From positions 4,640,001-4,704,000 of the forward strand of contig OZ242029.1 of NCBI GenBank assembly GCA_965205015.1: a stretch of DNA of 64,000 nt, written 5' to 3'. A program made the translations under genes and the position numbers. The stretch comes from Candidatus Poribacteria bacterium (GTDB taxonomy: Bacteria; Poribacteria; WGA-4E; WGA-3G). Every line of letters starts with the position of its first letter. The stretch's first letter is position 1. Below the pieces are notes generated by a model. That model worked only from the letters and a program-made list of their open reading frames with translations, was not told where the DNA came from and did no database searches. Positions 1-10,791 of the stretch are shown one piece after another.

Positions 1-62
1 AACAGTATAGCACCCATCTGACAAAAAATCAAGAGGCTTTTCACACATCGTAGTCCAATCGC

Positions 63-91
63 TTGACAGAAAAGTGCATAATGGGTAAACT
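63..91 (+). promoter_or_regulatory. sigma70-type promoter
   Basis: TTGACA-17nt-TAAACT upstream of the first operon. Confidence 0.6.
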
Positions 92-151
92 AAGCGCAGA
101 AACCTATTTGACGTAAGGCGTTGCTTGTCAACCCGTTCAACGAGGAAAACT

Positions 152-1195
152 ATGAACATCGCTGCTTTAGACACTCCCGTACTTGCCGCAGATCTGGACG
201 TACTTGAACAGAACATCAACGGCATGGCAACACACTGCGATCAACTCGGTATCCCATTGCGTGTTCATACCAAAACGCATAAGGTGCCAGAAATCGCGCA
301 ATTGCAGATCGCTGCCGGTTCCCAAGGCATTACTTGCCAGAAGTTGGGCGAAGCAGAGGTCATGGTGGATGCCGGCATCGACAATATCCTTATCCCCTAT
401 AACATCGTCGGAACACCGAAACTGAAGCGATTGACAGCACTCGTGAAACGTGCTAAGATCATCGTTGCCCTGGATTCGGAAGAGACAGCAAAAGGGATCT
501 CCGAACAGGCACACACCGATGACTGTACTGTTCCGGTTGTCGTGGAACTGGATACCGGAAGTGGACGCTGCGGTGTGCAGTCGCCCCAAGACGCACAACA
601 CCTCGCGCAACAGGTCGTGAAAATGCCCGGCATCAACTTCCAAGGCGTAATGACGTATCCGAGCAATCTCCGAGCGAAACCGTTTATTGAAGAAACGCTT
701 GATCTGCTCTCAAACGACGGTATTCCTGTGAACATCATTAGCGGCGGTGGCACAGGATCGGAAGCGGCATCGAAAGAACTCGGTTGCACGGAAACCCGAA
801 GCGGCTCTTATGTCTACGAAGGGATGACCCGAGTCGGGAGTTCCGAGATGCTCGCGCCTGACAGGTGTGTATTGCGTGTTATCACAACCGTCGTCAGCAC
901 GCCAACACCCGAGCGGATTATTATTGATGGCGGGATGAAGACTTTTACGAGTTATCCGCCAACGCCTTATGGGCATATCGTTGAACACCCTGAGGCGAAG
1001 ATTTACGGAATGTCTGTCGAGCACGGGCATGTCGATGTCAGTGAATGCTCACACCGATTTAAGGTCGGTGAGCAACTCTCCGTTATCCCGCTGCATCAAG
1101 GAATGACGAGCAATCTGCATGATGAACTGATAGGTATAAGAGACAATAGCGTCGAAACAATCTGGCAAATCGCAGGTAGAGGCAAAGTTTTTTAA
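152..1195 (+). CDS. PLP-dependent D-threonine aldolase/D-serine dehydratase (DSD1, alanine racemase N-terminal fold) family enzyme
   Basis: LDTP, RVHTKTHK (PLP Lys), RCGV, GGGT and SVEHG motifs; GAGGA RBS before ATG 152. Confidence 0.85.
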   Translation: MNIAALDTPVLAADLDVLEQNINGMATHCDQLGIPLRVHTKTHKVPEIAQLQIAAGSQGITCQKLGEAEVMVDAGIDNILIPYNIVGTPKLKRLTALVKRAKIIVALDSEETAKGISEQAHTDDCTVPVVVELDTGSGRCGVQSPQDAQHLAQQVVKMPGINFQGVMTYPSNLRAKPFIEETLDLLSNDGIPVNIISGGGTGSEAASKELGCTETRSGSYVYEGMTRVGSSEMLAPDRCVLRVITTVVSTPTPERIIIDGGMKTFTSYPPTPYGHIVEHPEAKIYGMSVEHGHVDVSECSHRFKVGEQLSVIPLHQGMTSNLHDELIGIRDNSVETIWQIAGRGKVF

Positions 1196-1211
1196 TCAGG
1201 AGTGTGAAATT

Positions 1212-1928
1212 ATGATGCTACCGACACCCGCACAGAAAACACAATGGGAAGAGGAAGGGTATCTCGTCTTTGAAAACGCAATTCAGGGGGAAGACCTCAA
1301 ACGACTCCAAACCGCTTTCGATTACTGGGCAGACGCGTGCAAGGAAGAGTGGCTGGATAGCGTCGAAGCAGGGGAATCCGTCGCAACCTTCTATGACATC
1401 CCAAATCCGCTTGAAAAGGACCCGATTTTCATTGACATTATCGACTATCCCAGCTACTACGGTGCGTTGATGGAGTTCACCGACCACGACCTGATCCTAT
1501 TGGGTCCACAGGTTCGGACAGTAGCCCCGTGGCCCGTGAGTTATACGGGGTGGCATCCCGATGTGGCGCATAGCAATCCGCTCCACATCAAGGTCCAAAT
1601 TTACGTCAACGATGTCGACCTGGGAGGCGGGGAATTCGGCTTTGTGCCGGGCAGTCATAAACCGGATGCGGGTCCATACACGCGTCCAACGCGGCAAGAA
1701 AGTATGCCGGGACACAAAACTTTTCCCGGTAAAGCCGGCACGGCGATTATGTTCAATTCGTGTGGATGGCACGTTTCAATGGACAATCACTCCGATGTGC
1801 CGCGTAAATCCATTATCTTGATTTACGAAAAACGAACCCCGGGCCGTATTGGACCGGAACAGTATACCTCTATCTCGGAATACTGTCAAACCCCGGAACG
1901 GCGCAAATTGTTTAGTTTGGACGGTTAA
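1212..1928 (+). CDS. phytanoyl-CoA dioxygenase (PhyH) family Fe(II)/2OG dioxygenase
   Basis: EEGYLV start, WHPD, VPGSH, distal His in GWH. Confidence 0.85.
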   Translation: MMLPTPAQKTQWEEEGYLVFENAIQGEDLKRLQTAFDYWADACKEEWLDSVEAGESVATFYDIPNPLEKDPIFIDIIDYPSYYGALMEFTDHDLILLGPQVRTVAPWPVSYTGWHPDVAHSNPLHIKVQIYVNDVDLGGGEFGFVPGSHKPDAGPYTRPTRQESMPGHKTFPGKAGTAIMFNSCGWHVSMDNHSDVPRKSIILIYEKRTPGRIGPEQYTSISEYCQTPERRKLFSLDG

Positions 1929-1946
1929 GCAAAGGAGAGTTACGCT

Positions 1947-2840
1947 ATGCCACGAATTGACGCGCATCTGCACGTATTTACAAAAGCCTCCTCCGAGTTT
2001 CCGCGGGAGATATCAGACATCTGGCCCGCCGAACGGGAAGAGCCTGTCGAAAAACTGTTAGGCGAAATGGAAAAACACCAGATCGATCAAGCAGTCCTTG
2101 TCCAGATGGCTGGCGCGAGTATAGCGAACCATCGTTACTTACTGCGTTGTCTCAAAACGTATCCGAATCGGTTTTTAGGGATTGGATTGATCCCAGAGGG
2201 ACACCCGAACCCTGCTGAACACATGCAGGAATTAACAGATGGAACTGGGATTATTGGGTTTCGACTCTCTACATTCGGCGGACCGCGTGATATTTTTGCG
2301 AAAATGGATGTTCGGGAGTTCGATGCCTATCCCATCTGGGAGTGTGCCGCTGAACGCGATTATGTCTTGTGGCTCTATCCGAACGCTATCAACGCCCATC
2401 TCCTGCCATACCTGGTACAAGCGTTCCCACAGGTTCGTGTTGTACTCAATCATCTCGCCGTGTGCCCAGGAAAAGGCAAATTCAGTTGGGACGCATTCGG
2501 GAGACCCCAGATACAGGTGACGGGTTACAACCTCACCATGCACACCACCTATCGACTCGCCCGCTTTGAAAATGTCAATGTGCATCTCTCCGGTCAATAC
2601 GCCTTTAGCAGAGAAGAATTCCCGTATAAAGATTTGGCAGGCTGGCACCGGGGTCTCTTGACCGGCTTTGGGTCAAAACGATTGATGTGGGCAACCGATT
2701 TTCCATGGATCCTGGAAGAACCGGGGTATGGGAAACTGACCACGGTTATAGAAGAATTATTACCAGATATATCCGAAGCGGAGTTGGCGGACATTATGGG
2801 CGGGAATGCGAAACGGATTTTAAGGTTTCCTGACCTATAA
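1947..2840 (+). CDS. amidohydrolase-2 family protein (sugar lactonase-like)
   Basis: IDAHLH, VLNHLA, LMWATDFP and GGNA motifs. Confidence 0.85.
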   Translation: MPRIDAHLHVFTKASSEFPREISDIWPAEREEPVEKLLGEMEKHQIDQAVLVQMAGASIANHRYLLRCLKTYPNRFLGIGLIPEGHPNPAEHMQELTDGTGIIGFRLSTFGGPRDIFAKMDVREFDAYPIWECAAERDYVLWLYPNAINAHLLPYLVQAFPQVRVVLNHLAVCPGKGKFSWDAFGRPQIQVTGYNLTMHTTYRLARFENVNVHLSGQYAFSREEFPYKDLAGWHRGLLTGFGSKRLMWATDFPWILEEPGYGKLTTVIEELLPDISEAELADIMGGNAKRILRFPDL

Positions 2841-2852
2841 ACAAGAGGCGGT

Positions 2853-3239
2853 TCAGAATCTACCTCCGGCTTGAAAATCGAACGCGCTCTCAATGTGTTC
2901 AAGCCGTAGCAATTCGAGCTGCGGGGACAAGTGAATTGCAATAACATCAAAACGGCAAGGCGCGTCCAAGAGGTTCTGGGATTGAAGATACGCCAAAGCG
3001 ACTTTTGAGATTTGTCGCTGTTTCTGTAGCGTTACAGCCGCTTGGGGCAATCCAAATTTGAGGCTCCGTCGCGTTTTTACCTCCACAAAAACGGTGAATT
3101 CGTCATCCCGTACGATGATATCTATCTCGCCGCGTCTTGCCCGATAATTCCGCGCAAGGATTCGACATCCACGTGCTTTGAGATGCTTCACCGCCAACGA
3201 TTCACCTATTTTGGCAATGTCTAAGCGTGAACGATCCAT
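2853..3239 (-). CDS. yraN: YraN (UPF0102) family protein
   Basis: GESLA, GEIDII, VFVEVKTR, RFDVI. Confidence 0.92.
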   Translation of the reverse strand: MDRSRLDIAKIGESLAVKHLKARGCRILARNYRARRGEIDIIVRDDEFTVFVEVKTRRSLKFGLPQAAVTLQKQRQISKVALAYLQSQNLLDAPCRFDVIAIHLSPQLELLRLEHIESAFDFQAGGRF

Positions 3240-3267
3240 TTATGCCTTCCGTCCTCTAAGTACATAA

Positions 3268-4248
3268 CTACTGCTCGCTCTTGAGAGTTGCCCACACCGT
3301 TGATAATCTTCCTCTGGGAGAAACAGCCAACGATTTGGGACCCCATGCGGGTTCTATCGCCACTTTTAAGTTCTCAACAAGCGCAACACTGTCGCCCCCA
3401 TCTGCGTTCATCACAGAGATACCATACAGACCACCGCGTTGTGATTCATAAGCAATCTGCGTGCCATCAGGAGACCATGCGGGATGTTTGTCATTGGATT
3501 TGCTGTTCGTCAGATTCCTCTCATTTCCACCATCCACATCTATAATATAGATGTCCCAGTTTTTATTGCGCCAAGAGGCAAAGGCTATTCGTTGACCATC
3601 CGGCGACCACGCCGGTTCTGAGTCCCATTCTCGGGCATCAGTAACACGTTGGATATTGGTTCCGTCAGCGTTTATGACAAAGATATCTGAACCAAAAATA
3701 CGAGAGGATTCAAAGGCGATCTGTGTACTATCTGGAGACCATGTAGGAAAAACCTCCGGACGCGGATGGTCGGTAACCTGTGTCGGGTTCGTGCCATCGG
3801 CATTCATCACATAAATATCGAAACTGCCATCTCGCAATGATGTAAAGGCAATCCGCTGACCGTCTGGAGACCATGCGGGGTTAACATCAGGCGCGGGATG
3901 CTGGGTTAGGTTAATGGGGTTACGTCCATTTGCGCCCATGACATAGATTTCTGGATGTCCAACCCGCTCGGATTCAAAAGCGATCCGTCTACCGTCCGGG
4001 GACCAAGTCGGTGCCCAGTCACTTCGTTCATGGTCGGTGAGTTGTCGGACCTGTTTACCTTCAGAATCCACTACATAAATATTTGTTCCCGGTATCCAAT
4101 CGCCGGACGTAAATGCAATTCGCGCTTCAACACACAATGTCATACCCACCAACACTGAGGCACTCAAAAGCACAAGAACAATGAAACTTTTTTTCAGATT
4201 GTCCAGCAACGTCAATAACTTCAATAGGGTTCTCATTGTACCCTCCAT
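3268..4248 (-). CDS. secreted TolB-like PD40 (WD40-like) beta-propeller protein
   Basis: signal-peptide-like N-terminus; repeated PAWSPDGxxIAF; start may be ATG 4236. Confidence 0.85.
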   Translation of the reverse strand: MEGTMRTLLKLLTLLDNLKKSFIVLVLLSASVLVGMTLCVEARIAFTSGDWIPGTNIYVVDSEGKQVRQLTDHERSDWAPTWSPDGRRIAFESERVGHPEIYVMGANGRNPINLTQHPAPDVNPAWSPDGQRIAFTSLRDGSFDIYVMNADGTNPTQVTDHPRPEVFPTWSPDSTQIAFESSRIFGSDIFVINADGTNIQRVTDAREWDSEPAWSPDGQRIAFASWRNKNWDIYIIDVDGGNERNLTNSKSNDKHPAWSPDGTQIAYESQRGGLYGISVMNADGGDSVALVENLKVAIEPAWGPKSLAVSPRGRLSTVWATLKSEQ

Positions 4249-4278
4249 TGGATAAGTTCAGAAGCAACTTTTTTTAAT

Positions 4279-4403
4279 GAAGGCTTACGCGATGCGCAAT
4301 GAATTGCGCTCCTACGAACCACACCGCTTTTGAGAAATACACGTATTTCCAAGATGTAGTTACTCGGAGTAAGGTGATTTATCGTCTGTCTGCGTAAGTC
4401 CTA
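4279..4403. repeat. MITE-like element of the CTTACGCA...TGCGTAAG family with an internal GTAG-REP hairpin
   Basis: ends AAGGCTTACGCG and TGCGTAAGTCCTA; hairpin GCGCAATGAATTGCGC followed by TCCTAC. Confidence 0.55.
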
Positions 4404-4418
4404 TTCATAATGGAAAGG

Positions 4419-5405
4419 TCATTTTACCTTATTCTGTTTGATTCGACTCCACAAGGTTACTAACTTTTTCTCCGAGGAAACTGCCAATGGTGTTGGATGC
4501 CAAGACCCCGCGAAATCGTCTGCGCTTTGATCTTGCGTGAGGTTGACGAGGTTAGAACCATCAGCATTCATCACATAAACATCGGCGTGACGGACATGAT
4601 TGTATGAACTAAAGGTAATTTTCGTCCCACCCAAAGACCAAGCCGGACCAAAGTCTATCTCCCACAAGTTATGCGTGAGTTGAATAGGATTGGTGCCATC
4701 AGCATTCATCACATAGATCTCATCATCGCCATCACGGTCCGAAGAAAAAGCGATTTGACGCCCATCAGGAGACCAAGTAGGTCCAAACTCCGACGCCCAT
4801 GGATCTTCAGTCAGTTGAATGGGATTGGTACCGTCGGCATTCATCACATAGATTTCATAGTCGCCATCACGGTCCGAAGAAAAGGCGATCTGACTTCCGT
4901 CAGGAGACCAACTCGGGGACCGATCGGACTTCAAATGTTGTGTAAGATTAATAGAATTCGCACCATTCGCATTCATTACATAGATTTCATCGTTCTTATC
5001 TCGCCTTGACCAAAAAGCGATTTGACTTCCATCTGGAGACCAGTCAGGAGACCGGTCGTCTCCGTTCTGATTTTGCGTGAGATTCATGGGATTGCTACCG
5101 TCGGCATCCATCACATAGATGCCAAATCTACCATTGCGGTTCGATGCAAAGGCAATTTTCGTTCCGTCCGGAGACCACGCCGGATTCACGTCCGATGCCG
5201 GTCCTTGTGTGAGCCTGACGAGGTTCCTCCCATTAGCATCTACCACATAGATATTATATCTAAATGCGAATTCACCAAAATCCCGACTCGATTGAAACGC
5301 AATTTTCACGGCATCGACAGGTAAGTAACTTGCCAACGTTACGAGGAACCCCGTAAGCACCATGAAAACCCACCGCATGGTTCGTTTCGGTAATATTGAC
5401 TTCAT
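4419..5405 (-). CDS. secreted TolB-like PD40 beta-propeller protein
   Basis: repeated PxWSPDGxxIAF and IYVMNADG; GGAAGGAG RBS before ATG 5405 (ORF is open to 5438). Confidence 0.85.
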   Translation of the reverse strand: MKSILPKRTMRWVFMVLTGFLVTLASYLPVDAVKIAFQSSRDFGEFAFRYNIYVVDANGRNLVRLTQGPASDVNPAWSPDGTKIAFASNRNGRFGIYVMDADGSNPMNLTQNQNGDDRSPDWSPDGSQIAFWSRRDKNDEIYVMNANGANSINLTQHLKSDRSPSWSPDGSQIAFSSDRDGDYEIYVMNADGTNPIQLTEDPWASEFGPTWSPDGRQIAFSSDRDGDDEIYVMNADGTNPIQLTHNLWEIDFGPAWSLGGTKITFSSYNHVRHADVYVMNADGSNLVNLTQDQSADDFAGSWHPTPLAVSSEKKLVTLWSRIKQNKVK

Positions 5406-5438
5406 CGTTTTGCTCCTTCCCACAAATGCGGTATTCAT

Positions 5439-8423
5439 CTATTCCTCTTCAAGTGAGACCTGAAAGATTCCGAGTTGGTAGGTAGCCACATACAACCTGT
5501 CCTTACTGGTGACAAGAGAAACAACTCTATCGGTATCTGATGGATCGAACTGCCAAGCCACGTGTGTAGCACTGTTATTACTCGTGATGAGAGACGCAGT
5601 TTTATCTGAAACACCTGGAGAAATTTCATGCCATCTACCACGATCATCCAAACGATAGACACCTGTATCACCAATGCCAAAAATTCCGATATCATTTACA
5701 GTGAATTTATCTATGACAACAGGCATCCCGATTTTATTCGTGATTACATGCCAGTGTGTGCCGGTTTGCGAGCGCAGGACCCCTTTATCTGTTGCAACAT
5801 AAACCGTTGAACCCGCAAAGACTATCTCTTTGAAATGGTCAAAGTGGAGTGGAAGGCTTGAGGTAAGGTCTTTCCAAGTGTCACCACCATCAAACGATTG
5901 AAACAGCCTACCCTCCCGCTTCCCTACATAGACAGTCTCCCCTGAAACCGCTAACTTGAACTCTCTATCCAAGTCGCTATTCGGCTGTTCACCGGTATCT
6001 ACCAGTCCAGTGTTTGTCCATTCCGAATCGCCGGGTTTCCATTTGAAAAGTCGCCGTAGATACTCTATGTAGAACGTCTCTCCACTGACTGCAAATCCGC
6101 CAACTTTTTGTCCATACACATCAAGGAGATAATACGTAGCCGGTACATTCTTAATCACTGGACGCCCCGCTGCCACGTCTGCCTGTTTCAACGCTTCAAA
6201 ATGTTCCTCTGTCCAAAACTCAAGAACGAGTGTTTCGCCATCAAAATCAGGCATGCCTTGAACGGGCATCAGCTCGGGATTTCCATCCGTAGATAAACGA
6301 AAGACACGATGGGTGTCCCATTCATTCACAATCACATAGAAAATATCATTAACAATAACTACCTTTGAATACCCAAAGTAACCGACATAAACAACTTCCC
6401 ATGACGCGCCGTTATCGGTTGATTTGTAAATCCCCTCGTAGGTATGTAGATAGAGGTGATCGTTGAACACAATCAAACCAAGTGTTCCGCTTCCGACCAT
6501 CCCTTTCACAGACGGATGCCATGAGTTTCCAGCATCAGTTGTGCGGTAAGCCCCGTATATTCCGGCTCTGTAATATGTATTTTCGTCCACCGCCACAAGT
6601 GGGCACCTATTCAACATAAACAAATCCATAACAGATCGGAGATTTATCGGAGCGTCCTCTCCATATCCTGGATAAAACATAGGTTTATTTTTTGTTAAGG
6701 ACGTTTTACCATCAGCCAAAAGTTTTATACCAGTGGCTGTCCGTACAAATGCCGATTCATCTTTAGGCGTTATATCAGTCCACGATGTCCCCAAGTCAGC
6801 TGAATGGAAAATACGACCTGAACTGGCACTATCGCCGTGCATTATCTCCTTCATCGTCTCCGTCTCTGCAAAAAGATCGGGTCCCGTCTTAACATAGAGA
6901 TCGTTTTCATAAACCTCCATAGCGTGGATAGCTTCAGACACACCCATAGGGAGTTGCTCCCAAACATCTGATGTGTTGAGACGGTAGAGCCCGCAGTTCG
7001 TGCCAGCGAATACTGTGTTTTTCACCGCTGCCGCGGCATATATTTTTTTACCTGTCAATCCATTGTTAAAGGGACGCCACTGCTTACCCATATCCGTAGA
7101 TCGGAAAACACCTTTATCCAAATGGACGAGATACATTACAGGTCCTGCTTGTGAATCCTGCTTTTCTGTCTCATCTGTGATAGCAAATCCAGTCGTATAT
7201 CCCCTCGGTAGGATACCACGCAGCACATGCCATGATTCACCCCCATCAGTTGAAGCATATAACCTGTCAGTAGCAATATAGAGGGTGTCTCCATGCTCTG
7301 TAATCACAAAGTCTCCGAAAGTCGGGACACTTCTGTCGATGAGTGTCCATGTGGTTCTGTCCTTTGCCAATCTGTAGATTCCTGTGAGTGCCACGGCGTA
7401 GATATCTCCTGCAGATGTAGCAAAAAGATTGATAGTAGCACCGCCTTGGAGTCCATTTGTATGCGTCCACCCCGATGCTGAAAACTTGGCAACATTTTCT
7501 CGTGCATCGGAAGCAAAAACGGTCTTGGAAATCTGCGAACCCCTACTATTGTTCTTACCGGGGGTAGCCGCACGCCCAACCCGATTTCGTATCGCCGGTT
7601 TCAACGCAACATCAAGGACAATAGGCGCGTCAACGATTTCAATTGTGGGTTCAGATCGTGCCTCAAAACTATATGGACGCTGAAAACGAGTAACGTATTG
7701 ATTGCTTACCCCCATCAGCAACATAACCAATACGGTAACTGTTCCCACAGCCGCCCATGGGAGCAAGGGTTTCCCGACTGGTGGCTGCGTCGGCTTTATG
7801 TCAGCGACCTGCCGCATGATGTTCTCAGTGAAGTCGGCAGAGAGTTGAACACCTCCAAGCATTTCACGAATCATCGACTCGTTATCCTTTAAACGTTCTC
7901 GCGCCCGTCGTAGCCGACTCTTAATCGTATTCACCGAAACACCTAAAAACTTGCTAATCTCCTTCGCTGTCATTTCACCGAGATAGTAAAGCGTCACGAC
8001 CGTGCGTTCACTCTCCGGCAGCCTTTGTAGAAGTCTTTTAACGATCGCATAGCGACGTTCAGTCGCTTCCGTCTCACGTTGCCCCGATATATAACGGGTA
8101 TAAGAGGATTTCTCTATCTCTCCCATAGATGTGTCCTCCAGCGATTGCATTGCGGATTTGTTCCTTTGAATCCACTTAAGGCACAGCCGATTTGCGATCA
8201 CATAAAGCCATCCGGCAAACTGATTTGGATCCCTCAGCGTCGTAAGGTTTTTATATGCCTGAAGGAAGGTATCTTGGGCAATTTCCTCAGCGAAATGAAA
8301 ATCGCCAACCTTCCGCCATGCCAAGGCGTGAACACTCTTCTGGTACTTTCGGACTAAGGTGTTGAACGCCTCATCATCGCCCGATAAAATTCTACGAATC
8401 AGCTGAACATCTTTTTCTTCCAT
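5439..8423 (-). CDS. ECF sigma-70 factor fused to a TM helix and a large BNR/Asp-box beta-propeller extension
   Basis: region 2 (AEEIAQDTF, FAGWLY) and region 4 (EISKFLGVSVNTIKSRLRRAR); TM helix LPWAAVGTVTVLVMLLMGV; multiple SxDxGxxW boxes. Confidence 0.88.
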   Translation of the reverse strand: MEEKDVQLIRRILSGDDEAFNTLVRKYQKSVHALAWRKVGDFHFAEEIAQDTFLQAYKNLTTLRDPNQFAGWLYVIANRLCLKWIQRNKSAMQSLEDTSMGEIEKSSYTRYISGQRETEATERRYAIVKRLLQRLPESERTVVTLYYLGEMTAKEISKFLGVSVNTIKSRLRRARERLKDNESMIREMLGGVQLSADFTENIMRQVADIKPTQPPVGKPLLPWAAVGTVTVLVMLLMGVSNQYVTRFQRPYSFEARSEPTIEIVDAPIVLDVALKPAIRNRVGRAATPGKNNSRGSQISKTVFASDARENVAKFSASGWTHTNGLQGGATINLFATSAGDIYAVALTGIYRLAKDRTTWTLIDRSVPTFGDFVITEHGDTLYIATDRLYASTDGGESWHVLRGILPRGYTTGFAITDETEKQDSQAGPVMYLVHLDKGVFRSTDMGKQWRPFNNGLTGKKIYAAAAVKNTVFAGTNCGLYRLNTSDVWEQLPMGVSEAIHAMEVYENDLYVKTGPDLFAETETMKEIMHGDSASSGRIFHSADLGTSWTDITPKDESAFVRTATGIKLLADGKTSLTKNKPMFYPGYGEDAPINLRSVMDLFMLNRCPLVAVDENTYYRAGIYGAYRTTDAGNSWHPSVKGMVGSGTLGLIVFNDHLYLHTYEGIYKSTDNGASWEVVYVGYFGYSKVVIVNDIFYVIVNEWDTHRVFRLSTDGNPELMPVQGMPDFDGETLVLEFWTEEHFEALKQADVAAGRPVIKNVPATYYLLDVYGQKVGGFAVSGETFYIEYLRRLFKWKPGDSEWTNTGLVDTGEQPNSDLDREFKLAVSGETVYVGKREGRLFQSFDGGDTWKDLTSSLPLHFDHFKEIVFAGSTVYVATDKGVLRSQTGTHWHVITNKIGMPVVIDKFTVNDIGIFGIGDTGVYRLDDRGRWHEISPGVSDKTASLITSNNSATHVAWQFDPSDTDRVVSLVTSKDRLYVATYQLGIFQVSLEEE

Positions 8424-8694
8424 CAGATTTCTCCATGATTAGCGTTAGCAGATAGCGAACCAGACAATTGTGCCTTAATGAAATCGTTAAATTTAATACA
8501 TTTCCGCACTATTTACTTATTAATGATACAATTTTAAGGCGAAAAGGGTGCATAAAATTAGAAAAAAATCATAGAAACCTGATTTTTTTAATTTTTAGTA
8601 GAATTAATAAGGAAAACGTGGTGTGATAGACGAAGAGGGTCTTATATCTCTGATTGAAAACCGAGGGTTCTATATTGTTCGTTCGGTAAACGGT

Positions 8695-9294
8695 TCAAGC
8701 ATCTGGAAGGAGTTTAAAAGTACGACGATGAATTTCGGATGTGCCGAACTGGGCAATTGCTTGTCGATGTTGGGATGTAGGATACCCTTTATGCCGCGAG
8801 AATCCGTAGTTGGGGTAAGCGCGATCCAACTCGACCATGAGTTGGTCTCGAGTGATTTTAGCGATAACAGAGGCTGCCGCAATAGAATAACTTTTGCTAT
8901 CGCCTTTCGGAATGGCTTCACCTGCAATATCGACTTCAGGTAAATCCAAGCCGTCAACGAGCAAGTAATCGGGGGGTGGCGTCAATTTTTCAACCGCTTC
9001 CCGCATCGCTAATAGCGTCGCCTCAAGAATATTGAAACGATCAATACCTCGATGATTAACAGAACCGATACCTATGGACACAGCAACGTCGTGGATTTCG
9101 TCAAACAGGTGGGTACGTTGTTTCGGAGTCAACAGTTTTGAATCTCGCAATCCCTTAATACTGCAATCGATCGGTAAAACGACTGCAGCGGCAATAACGG
9201 GACCTGCCAAGGCACCTCGACCCGCCTCGTCAATGCCAGCAATCCGTTTGTAGCCATTTTGTTGGCATGCAAGCTCAAAAACGTTCATCTCCAT
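8695..9294 (-). CDS. rnhB: ribonuclease HII
   Basis: GIDEAGRG, DSK, LVDG, SIAAASVIAK, HKGY; start placed at ATG just after the rplS stop. Confidence 0.95.
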   Translation of the reverse strand: MEMNVFELACQQNGYKRIAGIDEAGRGALAGPVIAAAVVLPIDCSIKGLRDSKLLTPKQRTHLFDEIHDVAVSIGIGSVNHRGIDRFNILEATLLAMREAVEKLTPPPDYLLVDGLDLPEVDIAGEAIPKGDSKSYSIAAASVIAKITRDQLMVELDRAYPNYGFSRHKGYPTSQHRQAIAQFGTSEIHRRTFKLLPDA

Positions 9295-9298
9295 CAAG

Positions 9299-9643
9299 TT
9301 ATCTTCTGCGTTCTTTGACTCGGGCAGCTCTTCCAGTCCGATCGCGTAAGTAATACAACTTCGCACGGCGAACAGCACCGTATCGAATCACCTGGATGCT
9401 TTCAATATTGGGAGAATGGAGCGGGAACGTCCTTTCACTTCCAGCACCAAATGCGACACGCCGAACCGTAAACGTCTCTTTCAATCCCCCATGGTTGCGA
9501 CGGATGACAGTGCCTTCGTATGCCTGAATGCGTTCCTTCTGTCCTTCACGGATACGTGTGTTCACCTTGACAACATCCCCAGGACCAAATTCAGGGATAT
9601 TGCTCTTCATGTATTGATTCTCAACAGACTCAATTAAATTCAT
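9299..9643 (-). CDS. rplS: 50S ribosomal protein L19
   Basis: [24 protein letters not shown]. Confidence 0.98.
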   Translation of the reverse strand: MNLIESVENQYMKSNIPEFGPGDVVKVNTRIREGQKERIQAYEGTVIRRNHGGLKETFTVRRVAFGAGSERTFPLHSPNIESIQVIRYGAVRRAKLYYLRDRTGRAARVKERRR

Positions 9644-9731
9644 CTCTAATGCCTCCTTACGTAATATAAGTGCTGATATATTTTTCTGCAGATTTACAGG
9701 TCGCTGAAAGACCGAAAACCAATTCTTTGGT

Positions 9732-10460
9732 TTACTCCATCAATCCTGCCGCTCTGAGAATCGCGATATCCTCTTCGTTCAGCTCCAATCTCTGAAGTAG
9801 ATCCGGACGGCACTCCGCAGTACGTTTGAGTGCCTCCGCGTACCGCCATTTCTCAATATTCTCATGATGTCCACTCAAAAGCACCTCAGGGACAGTAATA
9901 CCAGCGAATTCAGCAGGGCGTGTATAGTGTGGATGGTCGAGTAACTCTTGACTGAACGAATCGACATGTGCTGACTCATAATCGCCAAGGGCTCCCGGAA
10001 GAACACGTCCAATCGCATCAATCAAAACGAGCGCAGCAATTTCTCCACCGCTCAACACATAATCGCCAATAGAAACCTCAGTTGTCACCAATCGGTGGCG
10101 CACCCGCTCATCAACGCCCTTGTAACGCCCACACAAAAGAATGAGATGCGTTTCCAAGGAAAGTGCTTCTACAACGCCTTGGGTCAAGGGTGTCCCTTGG
10201 GGTGTCAAATAGACCACGTTCGCATCCGTTTCCGGATTCAATGCCGCGAGCGCTGCGAAAATAGGTTCCGGTTTAAGGATCATTCCCGCGCCACCGCCGT
10301 AAGCATAATCGTCAACCGACTTATGTCTATCGGTCGCCCAATCTCTTAAGTTGTAGAGATTGACGGCGAGTTTATCAGCGTCCTGAACACGCTTGAGGAT
10401 ACCAGTCTTCAACGCCGGTGCGATTATCTCTGGAAACAGGGCAAGAACATCAATTCGCAT
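9732..10460 (-). CDS. trmD: tRNA (guanine-N1)-methyltransferase
   Basis: [36 protein letters not shown]. Confidence 0.97.
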   Translation of the reverse strand: MRIDVLALFPEIIAPALKTGILKRVQDADKLAVNLYNLRDWATDRHKSVDDYAYGGGAGMILKPEPIFAALAALNPETDANVVYLTPQGTPLTQGVVEALSLETHLILLCGRYKGVDERVRHRLVTTEVSIGDYVLSGGEIAALVLIDAIGRVLPGALGDYESAHVDSFSQELLDHPHYTRPAEFAGITVPEVLLSGHHENIEKWRYAEALKRTAECRPDLLQRLELNEEDIAILRAAGLME

Positions 10461-10477
10461 TTTTATTCTGTTGACTG

Positions 10478-10741
10478 CTATTCTTCCGGCTGCGTGTCTG
10501 GTCTCGGATGCTCAATCAGTTCAAGAATAACCTTTTTATTGGCTTGCAACCCCGCTGTATAGAGAACACTTCTTATCGCTTTAAGCGTTCGCCCATATCT
10601 ACCGATGATCTTCCCCAGATCTTCCTCTGTGACAGTCAACTCAACGATAACGACCGTTTCGCCAGTTACTTCACGAACCACCACCTGGTCGGGATAATCG
10701 ACGAGAGATTTTACGATGTATTCAATCAAATCTTTGAACAT
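10478..10741 (-). CDS. khpA: KH-domain RNA-binding protein KhpA
   Basis: LVDYPDQV, DLGKIIGRYGRT (GxxG); position after rpsP. Confidence 0.9.
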   Translation of the reverse strand: MFKDLIEYIVKSLVDYPDQVVVREVTGETVVIVELTVTEEDLGKIIGRYGRTLKAIRSVLYTAGLQANKKVILELIEHPRPDTQPEE

Positions 10742-10791
10742 AGTTGACTTTCGGATTTCAGAGGAGTTTTCAGTCTTCAGTTAACTGATAA

